Shown piece by piece: positions 11,362 to 20,000 of a stretch of DNA of 20,000 nucleotides. The DNA is from Perkinsus olseni (lineage: Eukaryota). The DNA lies in assembly GCA_013115125.1 (NCBI GenBank), contig JABANN010000095.1:55328-75327 (forward strand), in the 5' to 3' direction. Both the position numbers and the translations under genes were made by a program. The notes beneath the pieces are model-generated. The model searched no databases. It was not told the origin of the DNA and saw only the letters and a program-made list of their open reading frames with translations. The stretch's first letter is position 1. Each line of letters starts with the position of its first letter.

Positions 11362-13125
11362 CTAAGAAGGCTCCCTACAAAGCCATACAGCAAACACCCC
11401 CACTACAATTTCCGTTTGAGCCCAAGTTTGCATCCCTTCTTTTGTGGTTCCGTCGGTTCTGTGAAGACCGGCAGAACCTTGCGGGCCGCGGTGAGCCGAA
11501 TGATGATTAATTGCAACGGTGGCGGCTTCCCGTCGTCTGCACGAGTAACATGGAAGATCCACCACCCGCTTCAACCCTACCGTTCCCTTCACGACTTTCT
11601 ATGAATCCTTTCACGGCCTCGTCCGCTGCTGCAAATGCTGCTTCGTAGCTGCCCAGCTTGAGAGAGCACACCGCAAGATTGAAAAGTGTGGCCAATTCTC
11701 TCTTGCATGGTGCTTCGCTCCGCCCTCGCTTTTCTCGCATCCACCCCAGAGACCACCGGAAGACCAGCCCTGCTCTCTGAAGGCCACACGAGGCATTCGA
11801 AAACTCGGCGGCAAGCGTGAGCTCTCACCCGCACGCTTCTTAGTCGCGCCATCGCGCAGCCAAGTATCCCCATAAGATCTATCATTAGGGGTTCCAGCTC
11901 CTGGGTGTCTCCATCGTCGTCCTGCTCACGGCCCATGGCCTTACTCACAGCATCGAAGCGCTCTCTTGCCAAGTGACTTCGACAAGTCACTTGTACCTGA
12001 GCCAATATCCTCATCCTCCTGACTCATCAGCATTCAAGCCGCACTGCGTACTGGGCGTAGCTGCGATATAAAAACAATCCTCGAACCAAAACTGTCTCTC
12101 CTGTCCTTCAACTAAGCTACTCGTCTCTCTAACTGCTCCATCTCGTTCGCTTTGAGCACAATGCACCGCTCTGTTGCGTTTCTACCACTACCATACTCTC
12201 TACACTGAGGCAGTGCACCCCCAAGCCCTATTACCGCCGTTCTGCCCATCTCGTAGACACCTTCCCAATCCCCCTCTCGGATCTTGTGGAACAGCGGTCC
12301 CCTCCGCAACTCCGCGGGAAGTCTCGTATCAGCATCAACTTCAAGCTCGGGCGTTGGTCTAATATTTTCCGGCAACAAGTCAATCGCCAATGGCTGATGA
12401 CTAGCGATCCGTCCAGGGCAGCTCTTCGGCCGTTCACGAGGCGTCGCCGCTTTCGGACTTCTAGGCGACGATCCCCGGCGGAACATAAACAGAGACTCTC
12501 CACCCGAGAGCGTATTCCTCCTCCTTCGCCGAGTCACGGCAGCCGGTGTAATTAACCGGAGGGAACGTGCTGAGCAAGGAGAAGGGGTGCGAATCCGCGC
12601 AACATAATTTCTAATATTCTTACCCACTACGCTGATAGAGCTCGAGCGTCGCCTCGAACCAATTTTTGGCAGTGGTTTCGGGGACCGTAGTGGCTCTTTT
12701 TCGCCCTCCTTTTCCGCACGAAAATAATGACTTTTGCTGCGTTGGAGCCCCTTCGCGGCTGCTTCCGAGTCCATCTCTAATGTACGCCCTCTATTAAGAT
12801 GTTCAGTCCAGCGAGCCTCGACAAAATCTTTGCTGTGCGTTATGCGGCAAAGATCTTCAGCTCGACAGTCCACCAGCCTCAGCAGCTCCTGCATGCGCAA
12901 CTGCTCCATGTCAGTTCTACTTCTCGTGGGAGCATTCTCCGTCGGGACTTTCACTGGTCTCGCCTGACCCGTCGGACAAGTACGCGGTCTCGCAAGGCTC
13001 ACTACAGAAGGGAACTTAACCGCCTGACCATCTCGGGAAGAAGGACGACCGCGAGACGCTGGAGTAGTGGTAGCCGGCCGTTGCAGTTGGCATGCAAGCG
13101 ACAGCATTGACCTCGCTGGGGTCAT
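11362..13125 (-). CDS. Multi-exon protein with a long basic, Ser/Arg-rich N-terminus and a C-terminal TPR-like region
   Basis: Long ORF 12112-13233 (first ATG at 13125). Downstream exons include ELATLFNLAVCSLKLGSYEAAFAAADEAVK, a typical TPR helix pair. Confidence 0.6.
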
Positions 13126-16100
13126 TCGGGTGATGCCTCGTCCTGTGGATGACGAACGCCTGGGTAGAACTTGGAGCTCACAGCTGTCCACAGATTTACT
13201 GAAAGTACCTTGCTCGTTCCCGCGATGGTGCACGCGCTGGTAGCAGGGCGGAAGTCATGCAAGGTTGAAATAGGTTTGGCTGAATACTCTGGTGGGAAGC
13301 GGGAAAGTTCGTACAGAGTGGACAGCTTCACCGACGGTGTTGGGCCAATAATAACGAGCGCCCGGGATTCGAAATTCTAATCGGACGAGGTTGCGACGGA
13401 AGGAATGTCCATCATTGCATCACCCACGGATTGGTCATGAAAGAGTTGAAGTTGACGGTGGAAATCCACAAAATGATTTCTTCGTGCTCATCTCGCGCGC
13501 CTTCGTAAACAAATTCTGCCGTTCTACTCGAGCGGAAATTATACGCGGCTTATGCTCATGCGTGCCCCTTAAAAGTTCTCATGTGTACCCCAAAAAATAC
13601 GAAAAGCGCGCGCCCAGGAGATCGATTAAGCGCGTGCTGCTTTGCGAAGCATAAAGAGCGTTAAGTAATTTGAGCACAGGAGGCTTCTGGAAACCTACGA
13701 GATGGTTCGCGTTGAACCCCACGCGCGAGATTGAGGACATGGGTTGAAGGCAGGTAGCGCTGGTGTACCAGCGTTTGTCCCTAGTGCGTCGAATATAGTG
13801 TCATGTAGTGTGTGTATGTCGAGCGTGTGGTGAAGAGAGCTCATATACTCATTCATCGTTTGAGTCTTCGCAACTTTCCCAACCGCGTCGTGACTGCGCA
13901 CACCGGCCAAGGCTTCCCGAGCTGCTATGATGGAGACACTGGCACTGCCAGTCTGGCTGAAAGATCGAATTTGCTGCTGCGCTATGTGATGTAGGCCCGT
14001 TAGGGAGGGCGTGGGCTCGAATGCTGGTGTGACTAGAATCGCTTTTCATTACCCTTGCGGCAAGGGCCTTGCCGAATCTCCTGCACGACGTGTTCGCTGC
14101 AACGAACTCAGTGTGGCTCGCGGCAATAATACTCAGCGAACTAATTACGCCGTCGCAGTCACTCATAAAATTTTTTTCAGGCACCTTGTTCTGAGGAGTG
14201 GTCTTTGGAAGTCCCCTGATTTGTGGTCGAAATGGCACCCCAACGCAGGGCTCAGCTGCCGCAGACCTCAGCGGTCCATTCTGAAACGTACGGCTACTTT
14301 GCTCGAGGTGGGAGGGGTTATAGTGTAAGTCGGGAGGCTCCGCGTACAGATCTCGGGCCTTGTGTGATTCTTATGTGACGCCTCGACGTTTGAATGGTGA
14401 ACACAGATCCACGACGTTTGATTCATCTTGGTTCATCTTGGGACTAGAATAATCCTTTCAGACCGAGGCGATGGCTTCTACAGTCACTGCAGCTCGTCCT
14501 TTGGGCCAAACTATTCCGAAAACCTCGAATAACACCAACATAAGCTCTTAACAGTGTTTTAAGAAGGTAAACCGCTGAGGTATTATACCTGGTCCTGCCT
14601 CGATCGCCGATCAATGATCGGGCGCCATGGTGAGGTCCACCTTATTACTATTCCGCTGTGACCCTCCGAACTTCGGAGTCCGGAGGGTGGGTACACACGG
14701 CACTGCCGTGGCGGTAGCGAGGAGAAACGATTAAAAGCTGGAGTGGTAAGTGAGCTAGGGAGTAGAGTACTGTGATTTTGAACTGGAGGTGCCTTGGTCG
14801 TTGGCCTCCCAGCTGCACGCTTGGCTCGCTCATTTGGAACATGGATGGGAATTTGATATTCGCCTGCTTCCGGCTCGGCACTCATGCAGTGGCTGGAGTC
14901 TAGGCGGAGTTCATCAAATGAACGAATGCGCCTCACTCGTGATCCTATGATGATCAGGGCTGTCTGGATGACGCGAGTTCTCTTCTTCTTGGAGCAGGAA
15001 ATGCCTCCGTGGCTGAACCGGTTCAGGCGATCTCTAGTGGATAACAACTGTGAAGTAGTAAGGTGTTTGAGTAACTTGCCTGTTTGAGTAGTAGACTACT
15101 ACTAGTACTTCAGCAGCTGGAAAAGTTCACCTTGAACTCCTCGTGATCGGCTAGCACCGCTCGCGTCCTGGTCATCAAAATGAAAAGGGGCGCTCTCGAT
15201 GGTTGAAGAATCCTTTATGCCCTTTCAGAGTCAGCGAATCTGAGGTGTTAAGGAATTCATTGTGATATCGAATGAATGATGTTGGATTGATTCTAGGATT
15301 ATGAACACATATCTTTATAGTACATCTCTCACAGAGCACGCCTATGATGCTCAGTACTGGCTTTGAAACTGAGAACTCAATCCCGAGTGGCAGCGTGTGA
15401 TAGGATTGTAGCAATTATTGCGACACGAGGCTTGTGTCGGTAGGCGTGCAGTAGGCCAAGACTTTAGTAGCTTCTTCGCTTAATTTTGACGCTTCTTCCC
15501 TTAGCCATCTGATTGTAGTCAGGGCGATCTCCTCCGCGTAGCCTCTTACGAATTGGTGGAGTAGTTTCCGTGACCTGTCATCTACAGAAATTGTTAAGTG
15601 CCACTCGCTGACCTCTCACCTTGCTCATTCCGCCATCCGTAGCATTGATATCACACGCCACTTCCTCAGATACGTGATAAGATGGACTCGCTGGGTTCAT
15701 GGGAGGTTGCGTCTGCTGCACCGTAGGATCTGGGATGTCTTCTAGCTGTTCCGCCGCCATCTCTCGGTATTGCTTGTTCAGGTCCACACTTCGCAGTGGT
15801 TCGAGTTTCAGTGCGTCGCGTGGAAACTGGGGACTTGAACCGATTCCCGAGCTGCCCTCAGCCATCCTGATTATTTCCAGCTGCCGTCGTACGTAATCTG
15901 CATCTGGAGTGAGCCCTTTGGCCTTGGTGTGTCTGCGCAGAAGAATATGGAACCGGTGAGTATAAGCGCAAAGATCTTCTCACTTCGCTCTCCCTTTATT
16001 AACTTCCCCTAGCGGTAGTAAGTCTGCCAGGCTGATATCAGGTACTGCCTCCTCCAAGAGCCCTAGGCCTAGTGCATGCTTGCAGTTGCCCTTGCGGCCA

Positions 16101-16531
16101 CAATAGCAGGAACATGTAAGTTGCCCTCCTCGTCTCTTGACGACGTGTATGCAAGATATGGCCAACTCATAGTTATCCCAGGTCCAGTCTTCCCAGGAGG
16201 CGTCGGGGTCGTCGAGCTTCTCTTTGAACCGCGCGACAAAGTCGTTGAGACGGCGTCGCCCCTTGCATATTGACACACAATGAGGAGTTGGTACGAAGTA
16301 TCTCTGTTGATCGGAGTCAATGAAGGTGTTCTTGGCAGCTGATGAAAGCGTCCACCTAGCCGCTTCCACTAGTTCTTTACGACTGGGCTTGCGGGGGAGA
16401 ATGGATGGGGTCGACGAGGGTAACGCCTCTGCCTTGGTTGAATAGGCCTCGCACGATTTTATGATATCACTGATGAGACTCGTGATCTTGGGGCCTGGAG
16501 TTATTTGACCTGAACAGGATCGTGCTCATAT

Positions 16532-16788
16532 TGCTACTGTTATCCTACCTAAGGATACTGCTACCAATGCTACTGTTATCCTACCTAAGGATACTGCTAC
16601 CAATGCTACTGTTATCCTACCTAAGGCTACTGCTACCAATGANNNNNNNNNNNNNNNNNNNNNNNNNNNNNNNNNNNNNNNNNNNNNNNNNNNNNNNNNN
16701 NNNNNNNNNNNNNNNNNNNNNNNNNNNNNNNNNNNNNNNTGCTACTGTTATCCTACCTAAGGCTACTGCTACCAATGCTACTGCTACC
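16532..16788. repeat. 36-bp minisatellite (TGCTACTGTTATCCTACCTAAGG[A/C]TACTGCTACCAA), at least 4 copies, spanning an assembly gap, inside MULE intron 16510-16787
   Basis: Units start at 16532, 16568, 16604 and 16740. N gap at 16643-16739. Confidence 0.95.
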
Positions 16789-17217
16789 TCTGCGCAGTGC
16801 CCAGTTGGTCCCCTCGATTGCACACGAGTGCCTGGGCACGGTTGGAGGTAAGTCAAAGGCTTGTTGGAAGCATGCGCAATTCTTGTGCAGCCACGTCCGA
16901 GCGAAGTATTTAGCTGCCTCTTCCCACTCGGCTTCCCAACGAGTATAGAAAAGCTTAGCTGCCCCCGCGAACATGACGTGCGATGGGCAGACTTGCAGGA
17001 GTCGGATGCCAGCAAGGAAGCGCTCGATCTTCTCGTCGGCTTCATCTTCGGCTTGATCCTTCGCCAGTCTCCTTAGGTACGCTCTAACCGCTCTCAACAT
17101 ATGGACGTGGCAGTGAAGTCGAACCGTTCCTTCACTTGGGACCCAGCGGAAGTCGGTAGTGAGGCAATTCTTCTTGATACATCCGTGAACCTGGCGCGGA
17201 TTGAATTTGGCGCAGCT

Positions 17218-17595
17218 GAATTTTGAGAGAATTTTGAGAGAATTTTGAGAGAATTTTGAGAGAATTTTGGAATTTTGAATTTTGGAATTTTGGAATTTTG
17301 AATGAATTTTGAATGAATTTTGAATTTTGAATTTTGAATTTTGAATTTTGAATTTTGAATTTTGAATTTTGAATTTTGAATTTTGAATTTTGAATTTTGA
17401 ATTTTGAATTTTGAATTTTGAATTTTGAATTTTGAATTTTGAATTTTGAATTTTGAATTTTGAATATTNNNNNNNNNNNNNNNNNNNNNNNNNNNNNNNN
17501 NNNNNNNNNNNNNNNNNNNNNNNNNNNNNNNNNNNNNNNNNNNNNNNNNNNNNNNNNNNNNNNNNTTTAAATTTTAAATTTTGAATTTTGAATTT
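17218..17595. repeat. (GAATTTT)n heptamer array with 11-bp variants (GAATTTTGAGA, GAATTTTGAAT), spanning an assembly gap, inside MULE intron 17191-17602
   Basis: Read directly. N gap at 17469-17565. Confidence 0.95.
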
Positions 17596-18269
17596 AGCTC
17601 ACCTCTTTCCATGCCTTGCTAAAGATGGATGCAGAATCTGCAATTAACACTTGTGGTGAGTGGTCAAGTCCGATGGCAGTTGCTTTCTCTTTGATGGCTC
17701 TCATAGCAGCCCGCACAGCCGTTGTATCTTCGCGGGCGGATATGCCGGCGGTGAGGAGGCGGAAATGACCGCCTTCGTCGATGCCTCCGACTAGCAGTAC
17801 CGGCACTCCCTTCCACGAGAGTTTATAAGTAAAATCACAGGTAAGTAGGGGAAGGGAGCCGTGGGACGATAGAAGTTGACGGGTACTATAGAATGATTAG
17901 AGCTTGTCATCGGTACTGTAGCATAGGCAAAATACCTCCGACGGCTTGCTGCTAGGTGGAATCACCATCATGCGCTCGCATAGCTCGGCGAGTTCAACCC
18001 TGCTGTCGTTGGGGAACATAGATGCCTCGCCTTTATAGCGGGTTCGCTGCCGCCTATTCCATACCATCCTCTCCAGGTCCTGACCCTCGACGAGCGGCTC
18101 ACCTTGCCGGAGAAGCTGGATGATAGTTATGGATGCAGCAACACCCTCTCTCACGTGCCGGTCAACGAGGTCGCGGCCCTCCTTACTCAGTCCTCGTGGT
18201 TTCCTTGCCTGTGAGGGTATCATGTGATGCTCCGGATGTGCACCTGGATCAATCTCCAACGTGAAATTG

Positions 18270-19050
18270 TCACCAGAATCGCATCATAGATTCTCTCTTC
18301 CTAGCAGGCGTTACACCAGTACCAGCCATGGAGCATAAGGCTCCCTTATAAGCACCAGCGCCGATGATACCCAGCTCGTCATAAGCCTTACCAGCTATAC
18401 TCAGCAGCGAACGTCTATTAGTCACCAAGGGGAGGCTCCTTTCCTTGCACTTGAGTCGAGTGACGCCGTCCTCGCGATATACCACATAGCCTAGCATCTT
18501 GATGGAGCTCACATTGTCCAACACCTCAAATGCCTCATCCTTAATGAGGAAGCCCTTGTTGTTGAGAGCGTCACGATCGCCTTGCATAGCAGCTCTGGTG
18601 ATCTCATCTAAGGGAGAAGAATAGCACAAATTATCAGCGTATACTCGCCTGATACAGCCTTCCTTAACAGGAGTTGAATCGAGCAGATCTCGAACACATA
18701 TTCCAAGCACGCGGCTTGAATGAACCCAGCCCATAGGCAGCCTCGTGAAACGATAAACCTTGTCACGGTAGTAGAACGCGGGATACGCGGCCCCTTCAGC
18801 AACCGTGAAGCGTATAGAATAATATGCTCGAGTGAGATCCAATTGTCCAACGCTATGATGGCCCTTGTTGCGCAGAGCGAACATGACTTCTCGAATGGAC
18901 GCAGGCTCAGAGATACTGCCACCACATTCAGCGTTGAAGTCGCGCAAGTCAACCACACCACGATCACGATGACCAGTTTCCACCACAAACAACCGCGTAG
19001 GAGCCACAGGCACGTCATCACTCCAGGGAGCTAGCTTCAGCATGATCACG
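18270..19050 (-). mobile_element. Reverse transcriptase of LTR-retrotransposon class (Bel/Pao-like features), 3' truncated
   Basis: RLFVV...RGVVDLRDFN, QLDLTRAYYSI, YRFTRLPMGW, YADN (18630-18641), IKMLGY, then TNRRSLLSIAGKAYDELG, which resembles the Bel/Pao TKRxxLSxxxxxYDPLG motif. The open frame runs 18270-19283. Confidence 0.9.
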
Positions 19051-19347
19051 GTTCCAGACAATGTCCTTCCACGTGCGGTCAGATATGGCACAGCCCTCAG
19101 CTTGAATACCAGCCAGACGTAGACTGTCGCGAGTTCTGCCCACGATCGGCAACCACTGACGAAACTGCTGCACGTTAGTGAAACCTTCGGAGTCGTTGAG
19201 GGCCTTGTCGAGAATCTTAGCGTAGTACTCGAACACGTCACTCCACTTGGAAGGGTCGGTGTCAAAGACAGATGTAGCAACATCTTCTTGAGGAGCGGGA
19301 TGGAGAATGCCGCGGATCTGATCGAGGTCTTCTTCGGTGAGGGGCAT
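19018..19347 (-). CDS. 109-aa ORF upstream of and overlapping the RT frame (small ORF1 or frameshifted RT N-terminus)
   Basis: ATG start MPLTEEDLDQIRGIL... with acidic, helical-looking composition. It ends just where RT similarity begins in another frame. Confidence 0.55.
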   Translation of the reverse strand: MPLTEEDLDQIRGILHPAPQEDVATSVFDTDPSKWSDVFEYYAKILDKALNDSEGFTNVQQFRQWLPIVGRTRDSLRLAGIQAEGCAISDRTWKDIVWNRDHAEASSLE

Positions 19348-19377
19348 GTTAACCGGTTTGAGTAGACTATAACTTTT

Positions 19378-19482
19378 GATTAATTAGCTCAGTACGGAGA
19401 GCATCGTGTCGTCCATCCGTACACCCAGGTTCGATCCCCGCTCGTGTCAGTCACTCGGGTTCAATTCCTGGTTACTCCTTTT
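19378..19482 (+). ncRNA. tRNA-like/SINE-head-like Pol III element with duplicated T-arm (not a canonical tRNA)
   Basis: A box TAGCTCAGTACGG (19385-19397) with a perfect D stem GCTC/GAGC. B boxes GGTTCGATCC (19428-19437) and GGTTCAATTCC (19458-19468). TTTT at 19479-19482. Anticodon and acceptor stems are imperfect. Confidence 0.65.
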
Positions 19483-19687
19483 CTTTGCGAGGTAGACAGT
19501 TTGTGCATGCGTGCAAGATACTTGTGCGCCATTTCCGCACAAAGCTGAAACGGTTGTCTCCCTGCACCACTCTCGAATCACTGGGGTCATGTGACTTTAC
19601 CCGAGTTCGATTCGGGAGTTGGGTTAGCGTGTCAATGGGTCTTTGCTATAGTTCTCTTTCAGTTATATTGTCGGTTATTATCCGTAC

Positions 19688-20000
19688 GGCATGTCTTCGA
19701 GACATCCATAACCTACTTAGTTGCAAGTGAGTGCTTGCGAGAACCAATCGTATCCTGTCGCCAAGGTTGAGTGGTGGAACGCAAGACGGCATGTCTTCGA
19801 GACATCGATAACCTACTTAGTTGTGAGTGAATGCTTCCGAGAACTAATAATACCCCGTCGCCAATGTTGAGTGGTGGAACGCAAGACGGCACGCCTTCGA
19901 GACATCGATAACCTACTTAGTTGCAAGTGAGTGCTTGCGAGAACCAATCGTATCCTGTCGCCAAGGTTGAGTACTGGAACGCAAGACGGCATGCCTTCGA
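19688..20000. repeat. Tandem array with an exact 100-bp period, at least 3.1 copies, running off the window
   Basis: GGCAyGyCTTCGA recurs at 19688, 19788, 19888 and 19988. The three complete units align without gaps and each ends TGGAACGCAAGAC. Confidence 0.97.

Larger units (their letters stand above)
15464..18290 (-). pseudogene. Mutator-like (MULE) DDE transposase with SWIM zinc finger, five exons, one in-frame stop, 5' end missing
   Basis: Exons ~18290-17603, 17190-16788, 16509-15984, 15932-15620 and 15574-15464 join in frame at GT-AG introns. Motifs: LTCDFTYK (first D), VLIADSA (second D), CHVH (CxxH), AIEGTN (E), CSCYCGRKGNCKH (SWIM). In-frame TAA at 17897-17899. Confidence 0.9.

Noticed and set aside
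13650-15460. MULE terminal inverted repeat or target-site duplication
   Set aside because: No matching pair found by eye; the 5' end of the element appears to be replaced by the RT segment.
15502-15510. TAGCCATCT as a relic of the dinoflagellate/Perkinsus spliced leader
   Set aside because: Only a 9-nt match, and it lies antisense within the last transposase exon.
16532-16788. 36-bp repeats as a CRISPR array
   Set aside because: Units are head-to-tail with no unique spacers, no cas genes are present, and the context is a eukaryotic intron.
16522-17045. ORFs 16522-16851 (+) and 16617-17045 (-) as proteins
   Set aside because: They are artefacts of the 36-bp repeat and N gap, or lie in an alternative frame of the transposase.
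17218-17595. Heptamer array as telomeric repeat
   Set aside because: GAATTTT lacks the G-run of TTTAGGG-type telomeres and is bounded by in-frame splice sites.
19378-19482. Functional canonical tRNA gene
   Set aside because: The anticodon stem is poorly paired, the acceptor stem is out of register and the T-arm is duplicated, so it is reported only as tRNA-like.
19688-20000. 100-bp array as CRISPR repeat-spacer units
   Set aside because: The variable parts are clearly homologous between units (point differences only), so they are not independent spacers.

Overview
Eukaryotic genomic DNA with short (about 37-55 nt) GT-AG introns. Gene style resembles an alveolate such as Perkinsus (inference, not confirmed). 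Positions 1-13.5 kb hold host genes, mostly on the minus strand: a multi-exon protein with about six PDZ-like repeats, two hypothetical genes (one possibly F-box plus SH3-like), an intronless secreted protein with a duplicated domain (+ strand), a tandem cyclic-nucleotide-binding-domain gene and a TPR gene. Positions 5569-5997 are a diverged relic made of both ends of the 8460-13516 block with about 4.65 kb deleted. The last 4.5 kb is a mobile-element complex. It contains a spliced Mutator/MULE DDE transposase (SWIM finger, one in-frame stop) with two introns filled by tandem arrays. Its 5' end abuts a compact LTR-class reverse transcriptase with a YADN motif. Upstream of the RT lie an oppositely oriented tRNA-like Pol III element and a 100-bp-period tandem array running off the window. 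This RT + tRNA-like element + array arrangement is the best candidate for something undescribed, although a decayed nested-transposon explanation is not excluded.
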